40,634 bases of DNA from a bacterium (GTDB lineage Bacteria > Zhuqueibacterota > Zhuqueibacteria > Oceanimicrobiales > Oceanimicrobiaceae). The notes beneath the pieces were generated by a model that made no database searches, had not been told where the DNA came from, and saw only the letters and a program-made list of their open reading frames with translations. Positions 1 to 10,788 of this stretch are shown here, in pieces. A program made the position numbers and the translations under genes. The stretch lies in NCBI GenBank assembly GCA_037446635.1, contig JBBIIG010000037.1:1-40634 (forward strand), given 5' to 3'. Numbering within the stretch: position 1 is the first letter of the stretch; each line of letters begins with the position of its first letter.

Positions 1-1376
1 TGGATCAGCACACCGTTTACCTGCCCGCCGACGATTTTAAATCCTGGAATCAGAGCTTCGAAGGCTACGCCGGCATCGGCATCGGCTTTGAAATCATCCG
101 CGAAAAAATCACCGTCATCTCGATCATCGAGTCCGGGCCAGCGGCTAAAATCGGCATGAGGACCGGCGACAAAATTTTGGAAATCAACGGCGAATCGGTG
201 TTGGGCATCAAACGGGAAGAAGTGGCCGGCAAATTGATGGGCGCGCCGGGCACCACGGTGAATCTGCTGCTGGAACGCGGGCCAGACCAGCGGCTGCGCT
301 TTCAAATCACGCGCGAACGCATTTTGTTGGACAGCATCACCCAGGCGCTGATGATTAAACCCGGCGTGGGCTACATCAAAATCGAGCGCTTCACCGGTTC
401 CTCCGCCAGCGAATTGGAAAACGCATTGAATCGGCTGGAGGCGAACGGAATGAAAAACTTAATTCTCGATTTACGCGGCAACAGCGGCGGTTACTTGAAC
501 GCCGCCATCGAGGTAGCGGACAAGTTCATTCCGGGGGGACACAAAATTCTCACCACCAAAGGCCGCCTCGCCAGCAGTTTTCAAGAATACTACTCCACCT
601 GGGAGGCGACGCACGAGTTGTACCCGATGGCCGTGCTCATCGACCACGGCTCGGCCAGCGCTGCCGAAATCGTCGCCGGCGCCATTCAAGACCTCGACCG
701 CGGGCTGATTGTCGGCAAAACCAGCTTTGGCAAAGGACTCGTGCAAAGCCAGTATCGCTTCCACGACGGCTCGGCGCTGCTGATAACCACCGCCAAATAT
801 TATACCCCCAGCGGACGCGCCATCCAGCGCGACTACTACGAAAAAACCAAAGACGAATATTACCGCGACGCCTACAACGAGGCGCGCAAAATCGACCCCA
901 ACAAAAACGGCCAGCCCTCCCATAAAACCATTTCAGGGCGGCCGGTTTACGGCGGGGGCGGCATCACGCCGGACGTTTGGGTCGAAAGTGAAGACAATAT
1001 TCTCTCGGAAAATTTGCGGCAGGTTTTTTACTCTGACAAACGGCATTTCTATGCTTTTGCCGAAGACGTCATCAAAAAAAATCCCGGCATCAAGAATAAC
1101 GTGACGGATTTCGTCAACAACTTCATCGTTACCGAAAAGGTGTATCAGGATTTTGTCGCCAGCGTCCGCCGAAATGAGCCGTCGTTTTCCGAAATGGATT
1201 TTGCTGCGGACAAAACCGATATCAAATTTCTAATAAAAAGGGAATTGGCCTATTTAATTGGCGGAGCCGAAGCGCGTTTCCGCGTCAACATGACCCGCGA
1301 CAAACAACTCAACCAGGCCATTTTGCATTTGCCCAGCGCCGCTAAACTCCTCACTCTGTCCCATCTCGCCAGATAA
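1..1376 (+). CDS. S41 family carboxyl-terminal processing protease (PDZ + tail-specific protease), 5'-partial
   Basis: Frame is open from nt 3 (DQHTVYLPADD...GIGIGFE), so it extends upstream of the ORF-track start at 156. Motifs LILDLRGNSGG, SASAAEIVAG (catalytic Ser), GKGLVQ (Lys), TAKYYTPSGRAIQR. Confidence 0.93.
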   Translation, partial: DQHTVYLPADDFKSWNQSFEGYAGIGIGFEIIREKITVISIIESGPAAKIGMRTGDKILEINGESVLGIKREEVAGKLMGAPGTTVNLLLERGPDQRLRFQITRERILLDSITQALMIKPGVGYIKIERFTGSSASELENALNRLEANGMKNLILDLRGNSGGYLNAAIEVADKFIPGGHKILTTKGRLASSFQEYYSTWEATHELYPMAVLIDHGSASAAEIVAGAIQDLDRGLIVGKTSFGKGLVQSQYRFHDGSALLITTAKYYTPSGRAIQRDYYEKTKDEYYRDAYNEARKIDPNKNGQPSHKTISGRPVYGGGGITPDVWVESEDNILSENLRQVFYSDKRHFYAFAEDVIKKNPGIKNNVTDFVNNFIVTEKVYQDFVASVRRNEPSFSEMDFAADKTDIKFLIKRELAYLIGGAEARFRVNMTRDKQLNQAILHLPSAAKLLTLSHLAR

Positions 1377-1557
1377 AAAGTTTCCTGCTGAATGATGGGC
1401 TTCAGGCTAATTCTTTTAAAATTTCCTCGGCGCACAACTCCGCCAGCGCCAGAATGGTCCACTGGGGATTCGCCATCGTGCAGTTTCACACGCAGCCCCC
1501 TCCAGTCAATGCCCAATTCCATGAGCCGGTCAAGGCGCCGGGCCATGCCCAGCGCGG

Positions 1558-2037
1558 CTATTTCAATCCCAGAAGAGCGGCGAGATCGATTGCCTTGCAA
1601 GTGGGCACGTCTTTGGCTTCGAGCGCCACGCCGCGCTGCAGCAACAACGCGAACGATTTCAGATCGTCGTCGTCGATGAAAATAAAATCGTTGATGCGCC
1701 GTTTGCCGGGTTGAAAGTGCATGCCGCCAACCACCACCCGGCTCAGTTGCAAACCACGATCGAGCAAACGGATAACCGTTCGCGGGGATGCGACAACAAT
1801 AAAAACTTTTTGGGAATCGAGGGTGGGGCCTTGCAACAACTCCGCAGTTTCCGCCACGGTTAAAATCGACGTTTCATAATCAAGGGCGGCGTCTTTGTAC
1901 AATTGGCATTCCCAGTCGCTGCTGGCGATATCGTCGTCACACAAAATCAGGTGGTCGGGATGAATGACCGGACACCAGCCGGCCACCACCTGGCCGTGAA
2001 TCAGGCGATCATCGATGCGCACCATCTCGATAGCCAT
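1558..2037 (-). CDS. PTS mannose/sorbose-family EIIB component
   Basis: N-terminal RIDDRLIHGQV signature with the phosphoacceptor His. Confidence 0.92.
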   Translation of the reverse strand: MAIEMVRIDDRLIHGQVVAGWCPVIHPDHLILCDDDIASSDWECQLYKDAALDYETSILTVAETAELLQGPTLDSQKVFIVVASPRTVIRLLDRGLQLSRVVVGGMHFQPGKRRINDFIFIDDDDLKSFALLLQRGVALEAKDVPTCKAIDLAALLGLK

Positions 2038-2040
2038 GGT

Positions 2041-2436
2041 TTACTCCCCTGACGGTGGAAGTTGTGAGATGGCGCGCCTGCCGTCTTCGATAAGCACAGC
2101 GGCCAGCTCGTTGAAGTCGAACTTGGTATGTTTGGTGATAAAAGAGAGTAAAATGGAAAGATTGACGCCGGAAATCACCGCTACCTTCTGAAAGTCGCGG
2201 CTGATGCGGGCGGCCACGTTCCAGCAGGTTCCGCCGCGCAGGCAAACCAAAATGAAAAGCCCGTCTTGCAAGTTTTCGCTTTCAATAAGACGGGCGATTT
2301 TTTCGTAGAGTAAATTTGCGGCGACTTGATCGCAATCAAACGCATAAACATTGGGCCATTCGCCGACGATTTTCCGGCTGGCGTCCAACAGCGCCTGCGC
2401 CACCGAGCCGTGGCTTAAAAGTAAACACCCTATCAT
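2041..2436 (-). CDS. PTS mannose/fructose-family EIIA component
   Basis: LLLSHG (phospho-His), GGT and ISGVNL motifs; adjacent to EIIB and hprK. Confidence 0.85.
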   Translation of the reverse strand: MIGCLLLSHGSVAQALLDASRKIVGEWPNVYAFDCDQVAANLLYEKIARLIESENLQDGLFILVCLRGGTCWNVAARISRDFQKVAVISGVNLSILLSFITKHTKFDFNELAAVLIEDGRRAISQLPPSGE

Positions 2437-2445
2437 CGTAGTCGT

Positions 2446-3426
2446 CTATTCAAAATCACGATCCAAATAATAATCCCGATAAACATCGGACGACGATTTG
2501 CGCTGCATTTTTCTGATCAAGCGCTCATTGAATTTTTTCGCCGGATGAACGCCGTAAATTTTGAGGAGCTGATTGAGGGCCACTACTTCTGCAATCACCG
2601 TGATGTTTTTGCCGGGGAAGATCGGCAGTTTGATGAGCGGAATTTCTACTTCCAAAATTTTGGTGGAAGATTCGTCCAGCCCGATGCGCTCGTAGTCGGC
2701 GTCGTCATCCCATTCTTCCAGATGCACCACCACCTCCACTCGCTTCTGCACGCGAATGGCGCGGATGCCAAAGACGCTGTGGACATCGACGATGCCGAGG
2801 CCGCGAATTTCCATGTGGTGCTGCAAAATTTCGCTGGCGGTGCCGATGAGCACGCCCTCGGCTTTGCGGGAAATGTTCACGACATCGTCGGCGACCAGGC
2901 GGTGGCCGCGCTCCACCAAATCGAGGGCGATTTCGCTTTTGCCAATGCCGCTGCGCCCGGTGAAGAGCAGGCCAATGCCATAGACATCCACCAGCGTGCC
3001 ATGCACGGTGACGGTGGGGGCGAATTTGTCGTCCATGTAATCGCTCAAAAGGTGCATGAGGCGCGTGGTTTTGAAGGGGGTGCGAAAAACGCAGATGCCG
3101 CGGGCGTCGGCGCCGCTCACCATTTCCTTCGGCGGCTCGTTGTTTTCCGTAATGATGATGCACGGCAGCTCGAAAGCCAGCACCCGCTCGATGGCGCGTT
3201 TGCGTTCCGCTGCTGACAAGGTTTTCAAATACCCGTGCTCGCTGTTGCCTATGATCTGCACCCGCTGGTAGGTGAAGACTTCCACAAAGCCAGACAAAGC
3301 CAGACCCGGCCGGTGCAGATCGGGTTCGACAATCATGCGCTTGAATCCGCGGTCGCTGTTCAACAACTCCAAACGAAGTTTTTTCTTAAGATCGTTGAAC
3401 AGTTGTTGGACGGTAATGTTATCCAT
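2446..3426 (-). CDS. hprK: HPr(Ser) kinase/phosphorylase
   Basis: HRPGLALSG, Walker A GRSGIGKSE, HRLVADD, MEIRGLGI. Start set at ATG 3426 (MDNITVQQ) to avoid overlap with hpf. Confidence 0.95.
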   Translation of the reverse strand: MDNITVQQLFNDLKKKLRLELLNSDRGFKRMIVEPDLHRPGLALSGFVEVFTYQRVQIIGNSEHGYLKTLSAAERKRAIERVLAFELPCIIITENNEPPKEMVSGADARGICVFRTPFKTTRLMHLLSDYMDDKFAPTVTVHGTLVDVYGIGLLFTGRSGIGKSEIALDLVERGHRLVADDVVNISRKAEGVLIGTASEILQHHMEIRGLGIVDVHSVFGIRAIRVQKRVEVVVHLEEWDDDADYERIGLDESSTKILEVEIPLIKLPIFPGKNITVIAEVVALNQLLKIYGVHPAKKFNERLIRKMQRKSSSDVYRDYYLDRDFE

Positions 3427-3442
3427 GGCAACATAACCGGTG

Positions 3443-3775
3443 TTATTTTTCCGCCGCGCTCGCAATAAGCTCAGCCGGCTTGGTGTTAGCGTGGTCTTTA
3501 AGCTTCTCTTTATATTTCTTTACTTGTCGCTCTAACTTTTCCACGGCTTGGTCGATACTCTTAAAAATATCTTCCGACTTCTCAATGGCCACCAAACGTT
3601 GTCCGTACACTTTAATTGCAATTTCAGCGATCTGAGTAAACTTCTCATAATCAAGAATGATTTCACATTCGATGATGCCATCGTAGTAGCGCTTGAGCCG
3701 ACGCACTTTTTTTTCGCAGTAGTCTTTCAAACGATTGGGAGCTTTGAAATGGCGAGCCGTGAAAGTTATTTGCAT
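3443..3775 (-). CDS. hpf: Ribosome hibernation promoting factor (HPF/RaiA, short form)
   Basis: MQITFTARH start and SIDQAVEKLERQVKKYKEK end; canonical position upstream of hprK. Confidence 0.9.
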   Translation of the reverse strand: MQITFTARHFKAPNRLKDYCEKKVRRLKRYYDGIIECEIILDYEKFTQIAEIAIKVYGQRLVAIEKSEDIFKSIDQAVEKLERQVKKYKEKLKDHANTKPAELIASAAEK

Positions 3776-3814
3776 GGGATCCTCCTTTTGGTTTGTTGGC
3801 GTAATCGTGTCCAG

Positions 3815-4699
3815 TTATTTCTTAGCGCGAGGATGAGCCTGCATATAAATGGCTTTTAATCGTTCTGGGGTTAGATGAGTATAAACCTGCGTGGTCGATA
3901 AACTGGCGTGGCCAAGCATTTCTTTCACGGAGAGCAAATCCGCGCCTTCGTCCAGCAGGTGAGTGGCAAACGAATGCCGCAGCATGTGCGGGTGAGCTTT
4001 CTGCTGATCCGACAGCGGCAGCAAAATCTGCTTGATGCGTTTTTGCACAAACTGTGGAGAAACGCGCTGGCCCTTTTTAGTTATGAACAGGGCGTCGTTG
4101 GATTTGGCCAAAGCGTTCAGATGCTGCTGGCGCGCTTGCAAATAGGCGCGCAAAACCTTGGCCAAGGTTTTGCCTAACGGCGCCAGACGCTGCCGCGAGC
4201 CTTTGCCGGTAATTTTCACCACTTCATTGACGAAATCAACATCGTTGACGTTGACGCCCACCAGCTCCCGCAGCCGCACACCCGTGGAATAAAAAAATTC
4301 GATCATAGCGCGATCGGTCATTCCCGCAAACGTTTCGGCGTCGGTCGCATCAATGCCGGCGAGAATGGTCTCATACTTAAAAAAAGCCGGCAGCCTTTTT
4401 TCTTCCTTTAAGAAAAAAAACGGCTGCGCCAGATTGGCGTCGAGCACCTCACGCACGCACAAGTATTTAAAGAAGCTTCGGAAGCAGGCGAGCTTGCGAT
4501 TGACAGTCGCCGCTTTCAGCCCGCCTTTTGCGAGCATCGCTAAAAATGCGCGCACGGAATTTTTGGAAACCTCCTCGCGTTTCGTGTCGGCCAGAAATTG
4601 CGCGAATTGCCGCAAATCGGTTTCGTTTTTTTCGGAGCGCAGATGCTGTAGAAAATCTTCGATACAGTGCTGAAGCTGGTCCCGCCTAAGCGACTTCAC
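3815..4699 (-). CDS. xerC: Tyrosine recombinase XerC-like; apparent short in-frame deletion in the N-terminal domain
   Basis: Catalytic R (STGVRLREL), K (GKGSRQR), HxxR (HMLRH), H (LGHASL), Y (TQVYTH). topA-xerC synteny. Likely GTG start at 4699, overlapping the topA stop. Confidence 0.85.
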   Translation of the reverse strand: MKSLRRDQLQHCIEDFLQHLRSEKNETDLRQFAQFLADTKREEVSKNSVRAFLAMLAKGGLKAATVNRKLACFRSFFKYLCVREVLDANLAQPFFFLKEEKRLPAFFKYETILAGIDATDAETFAGMTDRAMIEFFYSTGVRLRELVGVNVNDVDFVNEVVKITGKGSRQRLAPLGKTLAKVLRAYLQARQQHLNALAKSNDALFITKKGQRVSPQFVQKRIKQILLPLSDQQKAHPHMLRHSFATHLLDEGADLLSVKEMLGHASLSTTQVYTHLTPERLKAIYMQAHPRAKK

Positions 4700-6923
4700 G
4701 ATAGGTATCCTTGTCTTCTGCTTTAATCTCGGCCTTACAAGCCGGGCAGGAAAGATATTCCCCGCGCGCCTGGCTATAGCGCATCTCAAGGTAAGGGTTG
4801 CCGCAATTGCTGCACGGCACATTGACCGGGCGATTCCAAGTGGCAAACTTGCATTGCGGGTAATTGCTGCAGCCGTAAAAGATTTTGCCCCGCCGCGTGC
4901 GCTTTTCGACGATCATTCCGCCGTCTTCTGGGCAGGCCACGCCAGTCGAGTAGGGCTGAGTATTTTTGCACTCGGGGTAGCCAGAGCAAGCAAGAAATCT
5001 TCCAAAGCGCCCGTGCTTGACGATCATTTTGCGGCCGCATTGCTGGCACACTTGATCGACTTCCTCGGGCGTTTCCAGCGGCTTGGTGTATTTGCAATCC
5101 GGATAGCCGGTACAGGCGATGAACTTGCCGTTGCGGCCCCAGCGAATGATCAACTCGCGGCCGCACTGCGGGCATTTTTCTTTGGTGCCCTCCTGCAGCG
5201 AAACCTTGATTTCATCTTTCTTCAAATGCGCGTCATCAAGAGATTTTTTGAACGATGAATAAAAATCCTGCGCCACCTGCAAAAAATGTTTGGCGCCGGT
5301 TTCAATTTCATCGAGATTCTCTTCCATCGCCGCAGTGAACTTCACATTGAACAACTGCGGAAAGTTCTGCACCAGAATGCGATTGACGGTGCGGCCCAAT
5401 TCGGTGGGGACGAGCTGGCGCTGATTCTTCTCCACATACTTGCGCGTCAAGATGGTGGTGACGATCAAAGCGTAAGTGCTGGGCCGGCCAATGCCCTGCG
5501 CATCCAATTCTTTGATCAGACTGCTTTCGGTGTAGCGCGCCGGCGGCTTGGTGAAGTGCTGCTTCGGCAGCAGTTTCAACAAATCCAAAATATCACCGAC
5601 CGCAATATTTTTGGGGACGCGCATCTCGTCGTCTGCCTCTTCGCTCTCTTCTTTGAAATCTTCGTAAACCTGCAGGTAGCCTCTGAACAGGATGATGCTG
5701 CCGGAGGAGCGAAACAGATAGTTTTCGCCGGCGGCAATATCGATGGTGGTTTGTTCGAGCTGCACCGCCTCCATTTGCGACGCCAGAAAACGATTCCAGA
5801 TCAGCTCGTAAAGCTTGAATTGTTCCGTCGTCAGAAATTTTTTGATTTTCCTGGGCTCGCGCTGCATGGAGGTTGGGCGGATGGCCTCGTGAGCGTCCTG
5901 CGCGCCGGCCTTCACTTTGAAGCGCCGGGGAGCGGCCGGCACATATTCCGCGCCGTAATTGACGGTGATATATTCGCGGGCCTCGTGCAGCGCCTCGTCA
6001 GCGATGCGGGTGGAGTCGGTTCGCATGTAGGTGATCAAACCCACGCTGCCTTCGGCGCCTAACTCGACGCCCTCATAAAGCTGCTGGGCGATCATCATAA
6101 TTTTTTTGGAGGTGTACCCAAGCCGGCTGGCGGCCGCCTGCTGCAAGGTGCTGGTGGTGAACGGCGGCGCCGGATTGCGGCTGACATTTTTCTTTTTGAT
6201 GTCAACCACTTTGAACGTCTGGTGCTTCAGGTCTTCGACAATCTCTTTGGTCCGGCTTTCATTGGGAAGCTCCGGCGCTTTGTCCGCAATTTTGATGAGC
6301 TTTGAAAAGAACGGCTCGGTTTGTTTGCCCTGCAACTCGGCAGTGATGCTCCAGTATTCGACCGGGACAAATTTTTCGATCTCATCTTCGCGTTCGCAGA
6401 TCAAGCGCAGCGCCACCGACTGCACACGGCCGGCGCTCAAGCCTTTATAAACCGTGCTCCAAAGAATCGGGCTGACCTGATATCCCACCAGACGATCGAC
6501 CACCCGCCGCGCCTTTTGCGCCGAAACTTTGTTTTCGTCAATCTCTGTGGGGTGTTCGAGCGCCGATTTGACGGCCTTCTCGGTGATTTCATTGAAAAGA
6601 ACGCGGTGGATGCGATCGTTGTTGGGGCGAATTTCTTCCGCGAGATGATAGGCAATGGCCTCGCCCTCGCGATCGGGGTCGGTAGCGATATAAACACGAT
6701 CGGCGTTTTGCGCCGACTTGCGGAGTTGGCTCAAAATCTTGCCCTTGCCGCGGATGGTGATGTACTCCGGCTCGAAGCTGTCCTCGATGGCCACACCTAA
6801 GCGCTGCTTGGGCAAATCCTTAATGTGCCCAATGGAAGACAGGACCTCGTAGTCCTTTCCTAAAAATTTTCCAATCGTTTTCGTCTTGGTGTTCGACTCA
6901 ACGATGACAAGCGATTTGCTCAT
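4686..6923 (-). CDS. topA: DNA topoisomerase I with C-terminal C4 zinc ribbons
   Basis: LVIVES, ATDPDREGEAI, SAGRVQS, LITYMRTDS, AQDAHEAIRPT and repeated CxxC ribbons. Confidence 0.98.
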   Translation of the reverse strand: MSKSLVIVESNTKTKTIGKFLGKDYEVLSSIGHIKDLPKQRLGVAIEDSFEPEYITIRGKGKILSQLRKSAQNADRVYIATDPDREGEAIAYHLAEEIRPNNDRIHRVLFNEITEKAVKSALEHPTEIDENKVSAQKARRVVDRLVGYQVSPILWSTVYKGLSAGRVQSVALRLICEREDEIEKFVPVEYWSITAELQGKQTEPFFSKLIKIADKAPELPNESRTKEIVEDLKHQTFKVVDIKKKNVSRNPAPPFTTSTLQQAAASRLGYTSKKIMMIAQQLYEGVELGAEGSVGLITYMRTDSTRIADEALHEAREYITVNYGAEYVPAAPRRFKVKAGAQDAHEAIRPTSMQREPRKIKKFLTTEQFKLYELIWNRFLASQMEAVQLEQTTIDIAAGENYLFRSSGSIILFRGYLQVYEDFKEESEEADDEMRVPKNIAVGDILDLLKLLPKQHFTKPPARYTESSLIKELDAQGIGRPSTYALIVTTILTRKYVEKNQRQLVPTELGRTVNRILVQNFPQLFNVKFTAAMEENLDEIETGAKHFLQVAQDFYSSFKKSLDDAHLKKDEIKVSLQEGTKEKCPQCGRELIIRWGRNGKFIACTGYPDCKYTKPLETPEEVDQVCQQCGRKMIVKHGRFGRFLACSGYPECKNTQPYSTGVACPEDGGMIVEKRTRRGKIFYGCSNYPQCKFATWNRPVNVPCSNCGNPYLEMRYSQARGEYLSCPACKAEIKAEDKDTYREVA

Positions 6924-6959
6924 AACGACCGTTGTTTAAACGACAAAGTTTGAAATTGA

Positions 6960-7424
6960 TTAATGGATGATGGGCTGGGTATCGAACATCAGATACGCGC
7001 CGTTGCCAAAACCTTCCGGGTTGAACAACATGGCGGCGACGATGTTTTTGATATCGGAAACGTGGACTTTAGAGACGCCAAGCATCAAAGCACGCTCGAG
7101 CACGAACTCGACGTCCATTTCGTTGATCAGCTCCAGCTCCCTGAGCTGAACGATGTAACCATACGCTTCCGGCGTAATCACCGATTGCTCGATCTCATGC
7201 AAGATGCGAAACGAATTTTTGAATGCCCCCTGGTTCTGAACAATTTCTTCGGTATCGTTTTTTAGCCGGCTCAACAGCCACGAAAACGCCGAGCTGATTT
7301 CCGTCTCGGTGTAGCCTTTTTTCAGTAAATCTTTGGAAAGCAACTCGAGCTTTGCCGGCCGCGCGTCGCTCTTTCTTATTTCGCTCAAAATTAAAATCAG
7401 TATGTCGATGATGCGGTCATTCAT
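6960..7424 (-). CDS. DUF494/Smg-family protein
   Basis: L..KGYTETEISSAFSWL and SFRILHEIE motifs; smg-topA adjacency. Confidence 0.8.
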   Translation of the reverse strand: MNDRIIDILILILSEIRKSDARPAKLELLSKDLLKKGYTETEISSAFSWLLSRLKNDTEEIVQNQGAFKNSFRILHEIEQSVITPEAYGYIVQLRELELINEMDVEFVLERALMLGVSKVHVSDIKNIVAAMLFNPEGFGNGAYLMFDTQPIIH

Positions 7425-7483
7425 TTACACGTCTCCTCTATTTTCGGCCCAAAAGCGCCTCGATTCCTCCGTCCTCGTGTGCT

Positions 7484-7511
7484 AATGTAACATTTTAAGA
7501 TGGAAATGCAA
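7484..7511 (-). promoter_or_regulatory. Candidate sigma70 promoter for the smg-topA-xerC block
   Basis: Minus strand TTGCAT-16 nt-TACATT with a TG extended -10 element, about 60 nt upstream of the DUF494 start. Confidence 0.45.
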
Positions 7512-7540
7512 GTAATATTCCGGTAATTTTATTGGATAAT

Positions 7541-10500
7541 TTAACCCGCGCCATGGCATTTTTTATACTTTTTGCCGCTGCCGCACGGGCAGGGATCGTT
7601 GCGCCCGACTTTCGGACCCACCACTACCGGCCTTTTTTTGACCGCCGGTTGTGAGGCAGATGGGGTCATGGTTTCCGATTGCGGGGCGCCCGCGAAACCC
7701 ATGCCCATCGCCGAGTCGTGCACAGTGGTCATCTGCTGGGGAACGCGCCGGCGCATCATCATCGGCTCCGGCTGCACCTGCGCTTTGAAAATCAACTCCA
7801 CCACCTGCTCGTTGATCAAATCCAACATTTCTGTGAACATGCGGAAGCCTTCGGACTTGTATTCCAGCAGCGGATTTTTCTGCCCGTAGGCCCGCAGCCC
7901 GATTCCCTCCTTCAACTGGTCCATTTCATAGAGATGTTCCCGCCAGCGCACATCTATCGTCTGCAGCATCGCCAGCCGCTCGAGCTGCCGCATCAGTTTT
8001 TCGCCCAACGATTTTTCTTTTTGACGGTACTGGGCTTTGGCGGCGGCGAACAGCCGTTCGAATAATTCCGACTGGCTCATCCCTACTTTTTCATCGTCGC
8101 TAAATGGCAATTCTAAAAGCAGTGTTCGGCGCAAATCCGTTTGCAGCGCTTCCCATTCCCATTCCTCCGAATAGGTCTCCGCATTGGTGTATTGATTGAT
8201 TTTTTTGTCGATGTAATCGCCCATCATTTCGATGATTTCGTCGCGGAGATTTTCGCCCTTGAGAGCGTGAGAACGCCGCGTATAAATTACCTCGCGCTGT
8301 TGATTCATGACGTCGTCGTACTCGAGCAGATGTTTGCGGATATCGAAGTTGTGCGCCTCCACCCGCTTCTGCGCCCGCTCGATGGATTTGGTGACCATGC
8401 GGTGCTGAATAACTTCGCCTTCCTCGACGCCCAGGCGATCCATGATGCCGGCGATGCGGTCGGATTGGAACAGCCGCATCAAATCGTCTTCCAGCGAAAG
8501 ATAAAATCGCGATGAGCCGGGATCGCCCTGGCGGCCGCTGCGGCCGCGCAACTGGCGATCGATGCGCCGCGATTCGTGGCGCTCGGTGCCAATAATGTGC
8601 AAGCCGCAGGGCACGCGCTCGCGGCAATTGAATTCATTGAGATACGGGCACACCTCTTCGTTCAGACGCGGCGCCACCAGTGCGCAATTAGGGTGCTTGA
8701 CGACGCCCGCACCCAACTTGATATCGGTGCCACGGCCCGCCATGTTAGTAGCAATAGTCACCGCGCCGGGCTCGCCGGCGTGCGACACAATTTCTGCCTC
8801 GCGCTGGTGCTGCTTGGCGTTGAGCACCGAGTGGCGAATGCCGGCGCGTTTCAACATACGGCTGAGGGTTTCGGAGACTTCCACCGAAATGGTGCCCACC
8901 AGAACCGGCCGGCGGTTTTTGTTCATCTCGGCAATCTCATCGATGAGGGCTTTGTATTTCTCGCGTTTGGTGCGATAGATTTGATCGTCGTAATCGATGC
9001 GGCGAACCGGCTCGTTGGTGGGGATCACTACCACGTCGAGCTTGTAAATTTGCCAGAACTCCGCGGCCTCGGTTTCGGCGGTGCCGGTCATGCCGGCGAG
9101 CTTGCGGTACAGCCGAAAATAGTTTTGCAGCGTGATGGTGGCGAGGGTTTGGGTTTCGCGCTCAATCTTCACCCCCTCTTTGGCTTCCAGCGCCTGGTGC
9201 AGCCCGTCGCTGTAACGGCGGCCGGGCATCAAGCGGCCGGTGAACTCATCGACAATCAGGACTTTCCCGTCGCTGACAACGTACTCCACGTCTTTTTCAA
9301 ACAGCGAATACGCCCGCAGCAATTGCGAAATGTTGTGCAGCCGCTCGCTTTTTTCGTGATATTCGTTTTGCAGCTTGGTTTTGGCTTCCAGCTTTTGCGG
9401 CTCCGTCAACTCGGAATTGGACTCGATTTCGTGCAGCTTCTCCGACAGATCGGGCAGCACGAACATTTCATGATCGTGCGGCGAAAGGGCATCACGGCCC
9501 ATGTCGGACAGATCGATGGTATGAGCTTTCTCATCGATAGCGTAGTACAGCTCTTCATCGATTTCGTTCATTTTTTTGTCGCGCAGGTAATCGTTCTCCA
9601 CGCGGCGAATAAGTTTCTTCACCCCCACTTCTTGCAGCAGCTTCATGAGTTTTTTGTTTTTAGGCGCGCCGCGCGAGACCTGCAGCAGCTTGATCCCGGC
9701 CTCGTATTCTTTGCCCTCTTCCAAAAGCTTTTCAGCTTCCACCAAAATGCTGTTTACCAGGTTAGTCTGTTTTTTAACTAACTGTTCGACGCGCGGCTTC
9801 ATCTCGTCATATTTGTGGGTAGAGTGATCGACCGGGCCGGAAATAATCAGCGGCGTGCGCGCCTCGTCGATCAGCACCGAGTCCACTTCATCGACGATGG
9901 CATAATGGTGGCCGCGCTGCACTTGATCTTCGAGGCGGATGGCCATGTTGTCGCGCAAGTAATCAAAACCGAATTCGTTATTGGTGCCGTAGGTGATGTC
10001 GGCGGCATAGGCCTTTTTTCGCTGCTCGGGGTTCATGTCGTTTTGAATGTACGCCACCGTCAATCCTAAAAATTTAAAAATCTCGCCCATCCACTCGCAG
10101 TCGCGGCGCGCAAGGTAATCGTTGACCGTGACTAAATGCACGCCCTTGCCGGCAAGCGCATTCAAATAAAGCGGCATAGTCGCGACCAGAGTTTTGCCTT
10201 CACCAGTGGCCATCTCCGCAATTTTGCCCTCGTGCAAAACGATGCCGCCGATGAGCTGCACGTCGTACGGCACCATGTCCCACTGAATTTCTAAATCGCA
10301 CACTTTCCACTTGCGGCCCACCAGCCGCTTGCAGGTTTGTTTGACCACCGCGAAGGCTGCCGGCAAAATTTCGTTCAAAACCTGCTGGATGGTTTCGTGT
10401 TCTTCTTTTTCGAGATTTTTGATTTGCTGGCGCAGGCTGTCGGCATCGACGGGCTCAACTTCCTCCGTCGTCTCGGCGGCGGGCGTGCCATCGTAGCCGT

Positions 10501-10735
10501 TGCCGGAAACCTCATCGTTGTGTAGTAATTGCGTGAGCCGCTTTAACTCTTCGCGAATTTCAGCCGTGGCTTCAGTGATGCGCGCCTTAAATTCTGCTGT
10601 CTTGCGCCGCAGATCGTCATCCGAGAGGCTGTCGAATTGTTCATAAAGCTCGTTTATCTGAGCCACAATGGGCGCGATGCGTTTGATGTCGCGCTCGTGT
10701 TTGCTGCCAAATATTTTGGTAATAAAATTAGCCAT
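7541..10735 (-). CDS. secA: Preprotein translocase subunit SecA (long form)
   Basis: [51 protein letters not shown] and C-terminal SEC-C ([13 protein letters not shown]). Confidence 0.99.
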   Translation of the reverse strand: MANFITKIFGSKHERDIKRIAPIVAQINELYEQFDSLSDDDLRRKTAEFKARITEATAEIREELKRLTQLLHNDEVSGNGYDGTPAAETTEEVEPVDADSLRQQIKNLEKEEHETIQQVLNEILPAAFAVVKQTCKRLVGRKWKVCDLEIQWDMVPYDVQLIGGIVLHEGKIAEMATGEGKTLVATMPLYLNALAGKGVHLVTVNDYLARRDCEWMGEIFKFLGLTVAYIQNDMNPEQRKKAYAADITYGTNNEFGFDYLRDNMAIRLEDQVQRGHHYAIVDEVDSVLIDEARTPLIISGPVDHSTHKYDEMKPRVEQLVKKQTNLVNSILVEAEKLLEEGKEYEAGIKLLQVSRGAPKNKKLMKLLQEVGVKKLIRRVENDYLRDKKMNEIDEELYYAIDEKAHTIDLSDMGRDALSPHDHEMFVLPDLSEKLHEIESNSELTEPQKLEAKTKLQNEYHEKSERLHNISQLLRAYSLFEKDVEYVVSDGKVLIVDEFTGRLMPGRRYSDGLHQALEAKEGVKIERETQTLATITLQNYFRLYRKLAGMTGTAETEAAEFWQIYKLDVVVIPTNEPVRRIDYDDQIYRTKREKYKALIDEIAEMNKNRRPVLVGTISVEVSETLSRMLKRAGIRHSVLNAKQHQREAEIVSHAGEPGAVTIATNMAGRGTDIKLGAGVVKHPNCALVAPRLNEEVCPYLNEFNCRERVPCGLHIIGTERHESRRIDRQLRGRSGRQGDPGSSRFYLSLEDDLMRLFQSDRIAGIMDRLGVEEGEVIQHRMVTKSIERAQKRVEAHNFDIRKHLLEYDDVMNQQREVIYTRRSHALKGENLRDEIIEMMGDYIDKKINQYTNAETYSEEWEWEALQTDLRRTLLLELPFSDDEKVGMSQSELFERLFAAAKAQYRQKEKSLGEKLMRQLERLAMLQTIDVRWREHLYEMDQLKEGIGLRAYGQKNPLLEYKSEGFRMFTEMLDLINEQVVELIFKAQVQPEPMMMRRRVPQQMTTVHDSAMGMGFAGAPQSETMTPSASQPAVKKRPVVVGPKVGRNDPCPCGSGKKYKKCHGAG

Positions 10736-10788
10736 ATCGTTTTTTGAACTGATTCCTTTCTATGCAACAAGTAGGGTGACCAGGTGAA

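Noticed and set aside
1377..1557. ORFs crossing the S41/EIIB gap as a possible EIIC remnant
   Set aside because: No hydrophobic or EIIC-like sequence, and the ORFs overlap both flanking genes.
3815..4846. Tyrosine recombinase as integron integrase for the cassettes
   Set aside because: Housekeeping topA-xerC context, no IntI-specific insertion visible, and no convincing attC sites recognised. The ORF-track N-terminal 49 aa overlap topA and are spurious.
8576..9781. 401-aa plus-strand ORF
   Set aside because: Antisense shadow of secA, with no motifs.
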